Shown here one piece after another: positions 1 to 10,435 of a DNA stretch of 64,000 nt. This DNA comes from an uncultured delta proteobacterium. GTDB lineage: Bacteria > Myxococcota > Kuafuiibacteriia > Kuafuiibacteriales > Kuafuiibacteriaceae. Under the pieces are notes generated by a model. The model saw only the letters and a program-made list of their open reading frames with translations. It was not told where the DNA came from and did no database searches. Location: the NCBI GenBank assembly GCA_963803435.1, contig CAWDML010000014.1, positions 128,001 through 192,000 of the forward strand. Direction: 5' to 3'. A program made the position numbers and the translations under genes. The number at the start of each line of letters is the position of its first letter. Position 1 is the first letter of the stretch.

Positions 1-2226
1 GGTCTCGGTCTCACGCAGGATCATGGCGGCCAGGTCCTCCAGCTCGAAGCCTCCGATCGGGCTCTCGAGCTCGCCGAACCAGGCGTCGAGCAGGCCTTGG
101 CCGAGACCGTAGGCGGTGAACAGGCGCGAGCCCTGGTAGCCACGCACCGTCGAGATCCCCATCTTGCTCATCACCTTGAGCAGCCCCGCCTCGAAGGCCG
201 CTCGGAGGTTCGCCCGCTTGTCCGGGTCGGGGCCCGCCAGCTCGAGCGCGAGATACGGGCACACGGCCGCGGCGCCGAAGCTGATCAGCGCGGCCACGTC
301 GTGCGCGCTTCGTACATCGGCAGTGTCGACCACGATCGAGACGTCGAGCCGGCTGCCCCAGGTGGTGAGCACGTCGTCGACCGCGCGGAGCGCCAGCAGG
401 CTGGGGATCGGCGGTCGCTCGAGCTTCGCCATGCGGTCCGTCAGGATCAGGATCGAGCAGCCGCCCTGGATCGCGGCCAGCGCGCGCTCGGCCAGGGTCT
501 CGAGCGCCTCCACCAGCCCGCCGGGACCGCGGACCCGCGGGAAGGTGATCCTGAATGACGCGGTCTCGAAGCAGCGTCCGTTCTTGCTCTTCTCCGCGGC
601 CTTCTCCACATAGGCCATCTCCTCGAGGTCCAGGATCGGGGTGGCGAGCTCGATCCCCGGCTTCACCGGCACCAGCTCTTTGGGCGCGAAAACGTTGGGG
701 CGAGCGCCGAGGTACGTGCTGAGATCGGTGACCATGCGCTCGCGCAGGTGATCGAGCGGCGGGTTCGTGACCTGGGCGAACGTCTGGTAGAAGAAGTCGA
801 AGAAGGAGCGCGGGAGCTCGGAGAAGATCGCGGGGCGGGCGGTGTCGCCCATCGATCCGATCGGCTCCTTGCCCGTCTCCATCATCGGCGTCAGGACGGC
901 CTCGATGTCCTCCTTGCACCAGCGGAACAGCGACAGCTGCTCGGCGCGATCCATCGCCGGGTCGATCGGCTCGACGGGCACCCGGCCGATCGGCTCCAGC
1001 CGCGCATCGAAGGTGGCGTCGCGGTTTTGCCGTGAGCGGCTGGGATCGGTGAAGGAGACCTCGCCGGTGTCGAGCACCACGTGCGCACCGGAGCCGCCGT
1101 GGATCGTCCCCTTGGCGACAATCTCGCCCTCCTCGAGCTCGAAGAGCCCGGCCTCGGACGCAAGGTAGAACGCGTCCTTGGTCCGCGCCCAGCGGCATGG
1201 CCGGAAGCCGTTGCGATCGAGCCGCGCGCCCACGATCGCGCCGTCGGAGAAGGAGAGGAACGCCGGCCCGTCCCAGGGCTCGAGCGCGCGGCTCCAGAAC
1301 TTGTAGAACGGCTCGTCGGCCTTGTCGGCCGGCGGGATCATGATGGCGAGGATCTCGTCGAGACCCGGGATGCTGCTGCGATAGCGGAGCGCCTCGACCA
1401 TCTCGTTGAGGCTCCCCGAGTCGCTGATCCCTTCGTGCGTGAGGAGCTCGTCCTTCGGGATCCCGAGCGCTTGCTCGCGCGAGTACGACCACGCCCGGTT
1501 GCAGGCGATCGTGTTGATCTCGCCGTTGTGCGCGATCATCCGGAACGGCTGCGCCTTGTCCCAGCTGGTGCTGGTGTTGGTGGAGAAGCGGCGATGAAAC
1601 AGCGCGAAGCGCGTCTTGTAGGTGGAGTCGCGGAGATCCGGGTAGAAGCGCGCCAGATCATCGGAGCGTGTCAGGGCCTTGTAGATGATCGTGGACGTCG
1701 ACAGCGAGGTACAGAAGAGCTGGTTCTTGAAGCCGGCCCGCCGCATCTGGGTCCGGAGCGATTGCTTCGCGTGATGGAGAGCCGTGTCGAACGATCCCAT
1801 GGTTCGGCAGAAGCTCGGGCGCTTGATGAACACGTGGAGGATCGAGGGCAACGTCTCCCGCGCCTGGCGGCCGAGCACCGAGGTGTCGATGGGGACGTCG
1901 CGATAGCCGGCGAGATCGAGACCAAGAAAAGCGAACGTCGACTCGAACACGCCGAGCGCCTGCGCCCGCCTCGACGGCGCCACCATCAAGAAGAGCGTGG
2001 CGACCGCGACCTCTCCCTTCTCGAGGCCGAACAGGTCGAACGGGACCTCGGTCATGATCCCGGCGCCGTCGCCCGTCTTTCCGTCGGCGAGGCAGCCCCC
2101 CCGATGCTCGACGCAGCCGAGGGCCTGGAGCGCCTGGTCGAGATGCGATCGCGCGGGCTGGCCGGTGGTGCTGGCCACGAACCCCACCCCGCAGGCGGAT
2201 CGTTCGAGGGTGGGCCGACGACGCAT
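1..2226 (-). CDS. gltB: Glutamate synthase large subunit, N-terminal part (runs off left edge)
   Basis: Manual translation from ATG at 2226: MRRRPTLERSACGVGFVA...HRGG..DGKTGDGAGI; the left end reads PIGGFELEDLA in the same frame. Absent from the ORF track because no stop lies inside the window. Confidence 0.93.
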   Translation of the reverse strand, partial: MRRRPTLERSACGVGFVASTTGQPARSHLDQALQALGCVEHRGGCLADGKTGDGAGIMTEVPFDLFGLEKGEVAVATLFLMVAPSRRAQALGVFESTFAFLGLDLAGYRDVPIDTSVLGRQARETLPSILHVFIKRPSFCRTMGSFDTALHHAKQSLRTQMRRAGFKNQLFCTSLSTSTIIYKALTRSDDLARFYPDLRDSTYKTRFALFHRRFSTNTSTSWDKAQPFRMIAHNGEINTIACNRAWSYSREQALGIPKDELLTHEGISDSGSLNEMVEALRYRSSIPGLDEILAIMIPPADKADEPFYKFWSRALEPWDGPAFLSFSDGAIVGARLDRNGFRPCRWARTKDAFYLASEAGLFELEEGEIVAKGTIHGGSGAHVVLDTGEVSFTDPSRSRQNRDATFDARLEPIGRVPVEPIDPAMDRAEQLSLFRWCKEDIEAVLTPMMETGKEPIGSMGDTARPAIFSELPRSFFDFFYQTFAQVTNPPLDHLRERMVTDLSTYLGARPNVFAPKELVPVKPGIELATPILDLEEMAYVEKAAEKSKNGRCFETASFRITFPRVRGPGGLVEALETLAERALAAIQGGCSILILTDRMAKLERPPIPSLLALRAVDDVLTTWGSRLDVSIVVDTADVRSAHDVAALISFGAAAVCPYLALELAGPDPDKRANLRAAFEAGLLKVMSKMGISTVRGYQGSRLFTAYGLGQGLLDAWFGELESPIGGFELEDLAAMILRETET

Positions 2227-2377
2227 GGCGTCACGATGGTGCGGGTGCCCTTGGTGTCGAGTCAACACTAAGGTGGGCCGCGGGGCCCAGATGCAGCGGT
2301 GACACTTCGAACCTCCGAACGGCGGCGTAACGCGCGCGCCCGCGTGACAGGCCCGCGAGAGCGCTCGGCCGACTCGG

Positions 2378-2393
2378 TGGCACGTCGGTTGCT
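2378..2393 (+). promoter_or_regulatory. Sigma-54 (-24/-12) promoter
   Basis: TGGCACGTCGGTTGCT matches TGGCACG-N4-TTGC, 25 nt upstream of ATG 2419, which has a GGAGG RBS. Confidence 0.75.
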
Positions 2394-2418
2394 GTTTGCC
2401 CCGTCCGGAGGCCCCCCC

Positions 2419-3219
2419 ATGTACGGAGAGATCGATGGCCATGGTCGGCCGCTGGAGCGCGCTGACCTTCAGCGCGTGAAGCGGGAGCTGGCAGAGAGCG
2501 GCGCCGTGCTCCTTCGCGGCTTCTCGACCCACCTCGACGGCTTCGACGCGTTCAGCGCCCGCTTCGGAGAGTCGCACGGCGCCACCCCCTCCGTCGCCTC
2601 CGGTCCCACGGCCGGCATCAACCCTCACTCGGAGGCGCACTTCTCGCCGCTGTGCCCGGACCTCCTCCTCTTCTACTGCGCGCGGCCGGCGCGCGAAGGC
2701 GGACGCACGACCGTGTGCGACGGCGTCGATCTCTACCGCGCGCTCACCGGCCGCACGCGCAAGAAGCTGAAGAGCGCCGAGCTGTGCTGGCGCGTCGAGC
2801 TCAAGAAGCGCTGGTTCGAGGAGGCGCTCGCGCTCCCGTTCGACGCCATCCGCAGGCGCTGGTTCGACACCGCCGAGCGCTGCGTCTTCTCCGACAGCGG
2901 AGACGCCGTCCGCTACGAGCTCACGAACGGGCCCATGCAAGACACGATGCTCGGCCCCGCCGTGGTCAACGGGCTCCTCGCCGCGATGGACTACCGCAGC
3001 GTCGATCTGGAGAAGGTGCAGAGGATTGCGCCCAGCCTCGATCGCCACGCGCTCTGGGAGATCATGGACGCGGCGTACGACGTCGCCGAGCCGATCGAGT
3101 GGGAGACAGGCGACATCTTCGTCGTCGACAACGCCCGCGCCATGCACGGCCGGGAGCCGTTCGAGGATCCCGAGCGCACGATCCATCGCCGCATGGTCTG
3201 GCGGACGATGGCTCACTGA
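2419..3219 (+). CDS. TauD/TfdA-family Fe(II)/2-oxoglutarate dioxygenase
   Basis: GAVLLRGF, HSE (HxD/E), LLFYC..PA..GG.T...DG, W..GD..VVDN...MHGR.PF....R motifs. Confidence 0.85.
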   Translation: MYGEIDGHGRPLERADLQRVKRELAESGAVLLRGFSTHLDGFDAFSARFGESHGATPSVASGPTAGINPHSEAHFSPLCPDLLLFYCARPAREGGRTTVCDGVDLYRALTGRTRKKLKSAELCWRVELKKRWFEEALALPFDAIRRRWFDTAERCVFSDSGDAVRYELTNGPMQDTMLGPAVVNGLLAAMDYRSVDLEKVQRIAPSLDRHALWEIMDAAYDVAEPIEWETGDIFVVDNARAMHGREPFEDPERTIHRRMVWRTMAH

Positions 3220-4526
3220 GGGAGCAGCGTCAGATCCGCGATCGCCATGAAGGGCGGCGTGCCGCGGTCCTCGTTCTCGCCGACGATCACCGCGAAGGCG
3301 CCCCCGGGGGCGGCGTCGACCCCGACCAGCGGCCGCAGCGTACCCACCCCGATCTGACAGGTTCGACCTTCCACGACCAGACCCGCGTAGCCGACGTCGG
3401 CGACGGCGAGGATCCGCTCGCTTCTCAGGCGCACGGCACCCGAGGCGGTGAACTGGGCGGTGGGCGGCGCCGAGATCGGCGACCAGCTCCGGGAGGCCTC
3501 CTCGCGCACGAGCAGCTGGAATGCGCCGATCGCGCCCAGCCACATGTCGTCCCCGAATCCCGACCAGCCGGCGCCCACCTGGGGGTCGCTGAACTCGAGC
3601 GACCACACCGTCGCATCGCGCACGTGGAGACCGCCCTCGACCACAGCGACCATTCGATCCGAGTCGACGATGAAGAGGTCTTCGACGCCGGGCGGAAGAT
3701 CGTCCCGGGCTGCAGCGATCGTGGACGTCGTGCGCACCTCGAGCGCGGCCGAGGGGTCGTACGCGATCACGGTGCCGTCGTAGCCGGCGGCCACCTTCGG
3801 CGCAGAGAGACCCGTCTCGACCGTCCACGCGATCCGTCCCGCCTCGTCGAGCGCCATCACGCGACCGTCGCGAAGTGCGACCCAGGTGACGCCGTGATGA
3901 TCGGTCGAGATCGCCTGCGGGACCGCACCGCCGCCCAGGTCGATCGTGCGCACCGCGCCGGAGGCCGCATCGAGGCGGAGGAGCCGGCGGTCGGGCCCCG
4001 CGTCATCCGCCAGGAGCGCGAAGGCCGCGGCGTCGGAGGGCACGGCCACGCCCGTGAAGTTGCCGGTGAGCGGGACCTCGATCGGGGTGAGGATGATGCG
4101 GTCGCAGAGGAGCGTCGGGTCGTCGGAGCACCCGGGGAGCCGGACATCGATCGGCGTCGGCGCGCCCTGGCGCACCAGCTCGATCGGCTCTCCGCGCTGG
4201 ATCGGCGTCGAGATCCAGGAGTCGAGCGGCTCCGGCGCCTCCAGCCCCTCCCCGCCGATCGCAACTCCGCAGCGGCCGAAGTCGGGCCCGCCCGCGTCGG
4301 CGGCCGGATAGGTGCGCACGAGGATCCGCCGCGGCTGCTCGGTATCGACGCGGAGCTCGATCGCATCCCCTGTTCTGTACACGCGTGGCGCGCCCTCGAC
4401 GGCGCCGTTCTTCGAGAGCACCGCCACCACCGCCACTTGATCGTCGGGCCAAGGCGGCACCAGCTCCAGGCGAGGAGAGCCGCACGCACAGACCGACGCG
4501 AGCGCCAGCCACCCGACCGTGTTCAT
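3213..4526 (-). CDS. Hypothetical lipoprotein with probable beta-propeller C-terminus
   Basis: C-terminal part of track ORF 3213..6422. Starts [16 protein letters not shown] (lipobox-like); its ATG overlaps the stop of the upstream methyltransferase. Confidence 0.65.
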   Translation of the reverse strand: MNTVGWLALASVCACGSPRLELVPPWPDDQVAVVAVLSKNGAVEGAPRVYRTGDAIELRVDTEQPRRILVRTYPAADAGGPDFGRCGVAIGGEGLEAPEPLDSWISTPIQRGEPIELVRQGAPTPIDVRLPGCSDDPTLLCDRIILTPIEVPLTGNFTGVAVPSDAAAFALLADDAGPDRRLLRLDAASGAVRTIDLGGGAVPQAISTDHHGVTWVALRDGRVMALDEAGRIAWTVETGLSAPKVAAGYDGTVIAYDPSAALEVRTTSTIAAARDDLPPGVEDLFIVDSDRMVAVVEGGLHVRDATVWSLEFSDPQVGAGWSGFGDDMWLGAIGAFQLLVREEASRSWSPISAPPTAQFTASGAVRLRSERILAVADVGYAGLVVEGRTCQIGVGTLRPLVGVDAAPGGAFAVIVGENEDRGTPPFMAIADLTLLPQ

Positions 4527-5320
4527 CGACCGGCCCGCGGCTTGACCGCGCGAGTGCCCATGAAGCTGGAGAAGTAGAGATCGTACGCCTCGAACTCCGC
4601 GCTCCCGCCCCCAGAGGTGTCCTCGTAGAAACCGGTGAGCACCAGCCCGGCGTCGAGCTGACCTCCGATCTGGTCGGCGATCGTGTGGCCGAAGTTGAGC
4701 GGCTCGCCCGCATCGGTGTACCGGCGCCGCTCCTCGTCGGTGAGGCTGGTGAGATCCGAGTAGGGCAACCGGTAGCGGCACTTGAGGACGCCCTTCACCG
4801 AGAGGTCCGGATCGAAGGTGTAGATGATCGGATTGGCGACGCCGGCGAGCAGCACGCCGCCCGGCTTGAGCACCCGCGCACACTCCCGCCAGACCGGCCG
4901 CACCTCGGGGACGAAGCAGTTCGAGACCGGGTGGAAGATCAGATCGAAGGTGGCGTCGGCGAAGGCCGACAGATCGCGCATGTCCCCCTGGATCGTCTGG
5001 ATCGGGAGCCCCTCGCGGTCCGCGACCTCGCGATCGCGCGCGAGCTGCTTCGAAGAGTTGTCGAACGAGACCACGCGCGCACCCTGGGCCGCCAGCACCG
5101 GACACTGCTGTCCGCCGCCCGACGCCAGCCCCAGCACCCGCGCGCCGGACAGCGGCGGATACCACTCGCGCGGCACTGGCTTGTTGGGGGTGAGCAGGAG
5201 CGACCAATCGCCGCGCTTCGCCCGCGCGATCACCTCGGCCGAGACCGGCCGCGTCCAGCGATCGCCCTCGTCGACCCGACGATCCCAGGCCTCGCCGTTG
5301 TAGCGCAGGATGTCGATCAC
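4523..5320 (-). CDS. Class I SAM-dependent methyltransferase
   Basis: [11 protein letters not shown] motif [24 protein letters not shown]; its GTG overlaps the preA stop. Confidence 0.88.
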   Translation of the reverse strand: MIDILRYNGEAWDRRVDEGDRWTRPVSAEVIARAKRGDWSLLLTPNKPVPREWYPPLSGARVLGLASGGGQQCPVLAAQGARVVSFDNSSKQLARDREVADREGLPIQTIQGDMRDLSAFADATFDLIFHPVSNCFVPEVRPVWRECARVLKPGGVLLAGVANPIIYTFDPDLSVKGVLKCRYRLPYSDLTSLTDEERRRYTDAGEPLNFGHTIADQIGGQLDAGLVLTGFYEDTSGGGSAEFEAYDLYFSSFMGTRAVKPRAGR

Positions 5321-6422
5321 TCGGAGGTGAGGGCCGCGGTCTGCTCGGTGATCTTGTCGCCCGACCACTCGTCGTCGCGGCTGCGCTGCCCGGCCTTGCT
5401 GCGCTTGGCCGCCTTCTGGCGCTCGACCAGATCCGCGTGCGTCGTGAAGTACTCCAGCGCCTTGCCGCGGAAGTCCTCGACGGACGTGTAGCCCTTGTCG
5501 TCCATCCACTGCGAGAGCTCGCGCACAGCTCGGTGATGATCTCGTAGCCGCGCAGCATCGCGCCGGTGCAGATCTGGACCGTGGAGGCGCCGAGCGCGAT
5601 GAACTGGATCGCGTCCTGCGCGGTCTCGATCCCGCCCATGCCGCTGATCGAGGCCCTGCCGTAGAGCTTGCGTCCGATCTCCGGACACGAAGCGGAGCGC
5701 GATCGGTCGCACCGCCTGGGCCGAGTAGCCGCCGGGAACGGTGTAGCCCTCGACGGTCGGCTGCGGGCGCAGCGTGTCGAGGTCGATGCCGATGATCGAG
5801 AGGATCGTGTTGATGGCGCTGATGCCCGTCGGCGCCCGCCTCGATGGCGGCCGCGGCGGGGAGCGTGATGTCCGTGACGTTCGGCGTCATCTTCGCCCAG
5901 ACCGGGATCTTCGCGACCTCCTTCACCCAGCCGACGACCTCGCGCGTGATCTCGGGCGACTCGCCCATCGCCACGCCCATGCGCCGCTCGGGCAGGCCGT
6001 GCGGGCAGGAGAGGTTGAGCTCGAAGCCGTCGACGCCCGTCTCCTGGACCTCGCTTCACGATCCGCTGCCAGGCCTCGCGCCGGTACTCCTCCATGATCG
6101 AGGCGATCAGCATCTTGTCCGGGTACTCCTCCTTCAGCTTGCGGAGCTCGTCGAGCCAGATCTCGAACGGCCGGTCGCAGATCAGCTCGATGTTCTCGAA
6201 GCCGATCACCTCGCCGTTCTCGCGGGACTTGAGCTTGCCGTAGCGCGGCGCAGTGTTGATGACCTTGCTGGAGTCGAGGCTGATGGTCTTGCAGACGACG
6301 CCGCCCCAGCCGAGCTCGAACGCCTTCGCGATGACCTTCGCGTTGGTCCCGGGCGGGCCCGAGCCGAGCACGAACGGGTTCTCGAACTTCATCCCATCGA
6401 CGGTGATTTCGAGTTTGGCCAC
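5317..6422 (-). CDS. preA: Dihydropyrimidine dehydrogenase PreA, plant PYD1-like with no Fe-S tail; several frameshifts, probably sequence errors
   Basis: [43 protein letters not shown] across three frames; ends [13 protein letters not shown]...[16 protein letters not shown]. Confidence 0.85.
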
Positions 6423-6431
6423 GGCGCCCTC

Positions 6432-7308
6432 CTACGGGAGCTGCTCGACCATGAGCCCGTAGGTCTCGGGTCGTCGGTCGCGGTAGAACTGCCAGGTGCG
6501 GCGGACATCCTCGATCATGTCGAGGTTGGCCTCGGCCACGACCAGGTCGTCCTCGGTCCTCGCTGGCGACGGCCAGGAAATTGCCGCGCGGGTCGACGAC
6601 GTACGAGGAGCCGTAGAAGTCGCCGATGTTCCAGGGCGCCTCCGTTCCAACCCGGTTGCTGGCGGCGACGAAGTAGCCGTTCGCGACGGCGTGCGCCGGC
6701 TGCTCCAGCTTCCACAGGTACTGCGACAGGCCGCGCGACGGTGGCCGAAGGGTTGAAGACGATCTCGGCGCCGTTGAGGCCGAGGATGCGCGCGCCCTCC
6801 GGGAAGTGGCGGTCGTAGCAGATGTACACGCCGATCTTCGCGTACTTGGTCTCGAACACGGGATAGCCGAGGTTGCCGGGCTTGAAGTAATACTTCTCCC
6901 AGAACCCGTTCGTCTGCGGGATGTGCGTCTTACGGTACTTGCCGAGGTAGGTGCCGTCGGCGTCGATGACCGCCGCGGTGTTGTAGTAGACGCCCGCCTG
7001 CGCGCGCTCGTAGACCGGCACCACCATCACCATGTTGTACTTCTTCGCGTACGCCGCCATGCGCTCGGTGGTGGGGCCGGGCACCGCCTCGGCGGAGTCG
7101 CACCAATCGGCTCCTGCGCGGGACAGAAGTATGGGGTGTTGAAGATCTCCTGGAGACCGAGGATCTGGACCCCCTGCTGGCCGGCCTTCTCGATCCAGGG
7201 GATGTGCTTCGCCTCCATCGCCTCCATCACGCCTTTGACCATGCCGGGGCCGGGAGAGACCGGGGGGCAGCTCATCTGAATCAGTCCGACTTTGACGGTT
7301 CGACCCAT
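6432..7308 (-). CDS. Beta-ureidopropionase-like carbon-nitrogen hydrolase (frameshifted)
   Basis: LQEIFN.PYFC, YYNTAAVIDADG..LGKYRKTHIP, FWEKYYFKPG, ICYDRHFPE (E-K-C triad), WQFYRDRRP; adjacent to preA. Confidence 0.85.
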
Positions 7309-7409
7309 GGAGCCCCGACCCTTAGCAGGGTCCTCCTGCAAGTCAAGTCGTCATCGCTCCGACCCAACCACGTATTGACCGGCCGCGGGGCGATCCTTAA
7401 ACGGGCCGG

Positions 7410-8891
7410 ATGCACGGGCTTCTGAGGAACTTCATCGACGGTGAATGGGGTGAGTCGGTCACGGGCCGAACGGTCGACAACGTGAACCCCGCCGACACAC
7501 GGCAGGTGCTGGGAAAGGTCGTGCGCTCGAGCCGCGAGGACACCCTCCGCGCCGTCGACTCCGCCCAGCGCGCGTTCTCGTCGTGGCGCCGGGTGCCTGC
7601 GCCCAAGCGCGGCGCGATCGTGTTCGACGCGATGCGCCTGATGATCGAGCGCCGCGAAGAGATCGCGCAGGCCCTCACGCGCGAGGAGGGCAAGACGCTC
7701 GGCGAGTCGCGGGGCGAGGTGCAGAAGTCGATCAACCTCCTCGAGTTCATCGCAGGCGAGGCGCGACGTCTCAACGGGATCACCACGCCCTCGGAGATGC
7801 CGAAGACCTTCGCGTACACCGTACGCTCGCCGCTCGGAGTGGTCGGGTTGGTGACGCCCTGGAACTTCCCGGTGTGCATCCCCACCTGGAAGATCGCGCC
7901 CGCGCTGATCGCCGGGAACACGGTGGTGATGAAGCCCGCCACCATCACGCCCTGGACCGCCGAGCTGGTGGTGCGCTGCTTCGCCGACGTCGGCCTCCCC
8001 AAGGGCGTGCTCAACCTGGTGCACGGCAGCGGCGGCGAGGTGGGCCAGACGATCGTCGAGCATCCGGAGGTCCGCGCGCTCTCGTTCACCGGGAGCAACG
8101 AGGTCGGCTGCAAGCTCTACGAGGACGGGAGCAAGACGCTCAAGAAGGTCCAGTGCGAGATGGGCGGCAAGAACCCGCTGATCGTGCTCGAAGACGCCGA
8201 CCTCGAGCTCGCCGCCGCCGCCTGCGCGCAGGGCGCCTTCGGATCCACGGGCCAGCGCTGCACCGCCACCTCACGCGCGATCGTGGTCGAGAGCGTGGCC
8301 GATCGCTTCGTCGAGCGCGTGGTGGCCCTGGCACGCGAGATCCGCACCGGCAACGGCGTCGACCCCGGCATCACCATGGGCCCGTCGGTCGACGAGGGCC
8401 AGATGAACACGGTGCTCGCCTTCCACGAGGTCGCGAAGCAGGAGGGCGCCAAGCTGCTCGCCGGCGGCAAGCGCTTGACGGAGGGCGACCTCGCGCACGG
8501 CTTCTTCACCGCGCCCACGGTCTACGATCAGGTGCGGCCCGACTCCCGCCTGGCGCAGGAGGAGATCTTCGGACCGGTCCTGTCGGTCATCCGCGTGAAG
8601 ACGTTCGAGGAGGCGATCCAGGTCGCCAACAGCGTCGCGTTCGGACTGACCTCGTCGATCTTCACCCGCGACGTGGGACGCGCCATGGAGTACGTCGACG
8701 AGATCGACACCGGCATGCTCCACGTGAACTCGCCGACGGTCGGCGGAGAGGCGCAGCTCCCGTTCGGCGGGATGAAGGCGACCGGCGTCGGCCAGCGCGA
8801 GATGGGCCCCACCGCGATCGACTTCTTCTCCGAGTGGAAGACGGTCTATGTCGACTACACCGGGACCAAGCGCGAGACGAAGATCTACTGA
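7410..8891 (+). CDS. NAD(P)-dependent aldehyde dehydrogenase
   Basis: TPWNFP, FTGS, CEMGGKNP, GQRCT (catalytic Cys), EEIFGPV, PFGG. Confidence 0.95.
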   Translation: MHGLLRNFIDGEWGESVTGRTVDNVNPADTRQVLGKVVRSSREDTLRAVDSAQRAFSSWRRVPAPKRGAIVFDAMRLMIERREEIAQALTREEGKTLGESRGEVQKSINLLEFIAGEARRLNGITTPSEMPKTFAYTVRSPLGVVGLVTPWNFPVCIPTWKIAPALIAGNTVVMKPATITPWTAELVVRCFADVGLPKGVLNLVHGSGGEVGQTIVEHPEVRALSFTGSNEVGCKLYEDGSKTLKKVQCEMGGKNPLIVLEDADLELAAAACAQGAFGSTGQRCTATSRAIVVESVADRFVERVVALAREIRTGNGVDPGITMGPSVDEGQMNTVLAFHEVAKQEGAKLLAGGKRLTEGDLAHGFFTAPTVYDQVRPDSRLAQEEIFGPVLSVIRVKTFEEAIQVANSVAFGLTSSIFTRDVGRAMEYVDEIDTGMLHVNSPTVGGEAQLPFGGMKATGVGQREMGPTAIDFFSEWKTVYVDYTGTKRETKIY

Positions 8892-10126
8892 TGAAGGCGC
8901 GAATGGGAAGCGTGCTCGCGCTCGTGGTGCTCGGCGCGTGCAAGGAACCGGCGGAGGAGCAAACCGTGACGTTCAAACGAGAAGCGCCGGCGACGGCGGC
9001 TCAGCCGGACGCCCTCGCCTCGGCGGCCACCGGCTTCGGGCTCGACCTCTGGAAGCGGCTCCCCGCCGGCAACGCGGTGATGTCGCCGGTGAGCCTGGAG
9101 CTGGCGCTGGCGATGACCCGGTCCGGGGCGCGCGGCGAGACCGCGGCGCAGATGGATCGGGTGCTCCACCTCGAGGGCAAGAGCGGCGTCGAGGAGGCGG
9201 CGACCGAAGCCCTGCGCACCTGGAAGGACGAGCTCCGGGTCGTCAACCGCCTGTTCGGCGAGACCACCTACACGTTCAAGCCCGAGTTCGTCGCGCTCAC
9301 CGCGCGGGTCTACGGTGCGCCGCTCGAGCGACTCGATTTCCAGAAGAGCCCGGAGCCGAGCCGGTCCAAGATCAACGGCTGGGTCGCGGGCGAGACCAAG
9401 GATCGAATCCAGGATCTGATCCCCGCCGGGGCGATCGTCGCCGACACTCGACTCGTCCTCACCAACGCGATCTACCTCCTCGCCGAGTGGGAGGATCCTT
9501 TCATGGACGCGTTCACCACGCCGGCCGACTTCTTCGCGGGCGACAAGACGGTCAAGGCGCAGATGATGAGCCAGACCGAGCACGCGCGGTTCGCGCAGCT
9601 GGACGGCATGAAGATCCTGGAGAAGAGCTACGCGGGCGGCGCCCTGGCGATGACCTTCCTCCTCCCCGACGCGCCGGACGGCCTGCCCCCCATGGAGGCG
9701 AGCCTCACGCCCGAGCTCCTCGGCGGCTGGATCGCGACGCTCGCCGACGACCGGGTGCAGATCGCGCTGCCGCGCTTCACCGTCGAGCCCGCCGAGTCGA
9801 TCGACGTCAAGCAGTACCTCGCGGAGATGGGCATGCCCCTCGCCTTCCAGCGCCTCCAGGCCGACTTCACCGGCATCGCCGATCCACCGAGCCCGGAGGA
9901 CCGCCTCTACATCAGCAACGTCTTCCACAAGGCGTTCGTGAAGGTGGACGAGAAGGGCACCGAGGCCGCCGCCGCCAGCGCGGTGGTGATGGCGAAGGCA
10001 GGCGGCGCACCCCAGGCCCCGAAGTCCGTCTTCCGCGCCGACCACCCGTTCCTGTTCCTGATCCGCGACCTCCGCTCCGGGGCGATCCTGTTCGTCGGAC
10101 GCGTGGTCGATCCGACCGCCGCATGA
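8891..10126 (+). CDS. Serpin (serine protease inhibitor) lipoprotein
   Basis: Lipobox LGAC, SPVSL, LVLTNAIY...W..PF, VDEKGTEAAAA hinge, F.ADHPFLFLIRD...ILFVGRV.DP; TGATG coupling with ALDH. Confidence 0.92.
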   Translation: MKARMGSVLALVVLGACKEPAEEQTVTFKREAPATAAQPDALASAATGFGLDLWKRLPAGNAVMSPVSLELALAMTRSGARGETAAQMDRVLHLEGKSGVEEAATEALRTWKDELRVVNRLFGETTYTFKPEFVALTARVYGAPLERLDFQKSPEPSRSKINGWVAGETKDRIQDLIPAGAIVADTRLVLTNAIYLLAEWEDPFMDAFTTPADFFAGDKTVKAQMMSQTEHARFAQLDGMKILEKSYAGGALAMTFLLPDAPDGLPPMEASLTPELLGGWIATLADDRVQIALPRFTVEPAESIDVKQYLAEMGMPLAFQRLQADFTGIADPPSPEDRLYISNVFHKAFVKVDEKGTEAAAASAVVMAKAGGAPQAPKSVFRADHPFLFLIRDLRSGAILFVGRVVDPTAA

Positions 10127-10435
10127 GCGCGCCGATCCGGTTCGATCGACCGAGGTCGGAGGCTCATTCGTGATTCCCATCGGGTTCAGGCCTCCTGCCA
10201 GCGCGGACATCGAAGCTTCAATAGATCCCGCGCCCCTGGCCTTCAGGCCGAGTCGGAGAATCCGCACCTCGATCTCGTATCATGGCGGGTCCGAGCCCGC
10301 GTCGGCCGGACCTCGCTGGGTTCGTCCCGTTTCTTCGAACGATACGTTCCAATAACACCATGGAGTGGGATGGTTCCGCGCGCCCGTACCCCCTGAGCCC
10401 GGCGGCACGACGCTGCCGGCGTCGAAGGAGGACAC

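Noticed and set aside
3213-6422. 1069-aa ORF joining the PreA N-terminus to a lipoprotein
   Set aside because: Frameshift read-through across three separate genes; the middle is Arg/Ala-rich off-frame translation.
5317-7308. Pseudogene or programmed-frameshift calls for preA, ureidopropionase, the sigma-54 activator, icd and oppB
   Set aside because: Indels are spread across unrelated conserved genes with intact motifs and no slippery-site signatures; sequencing error is the simpler explanation.
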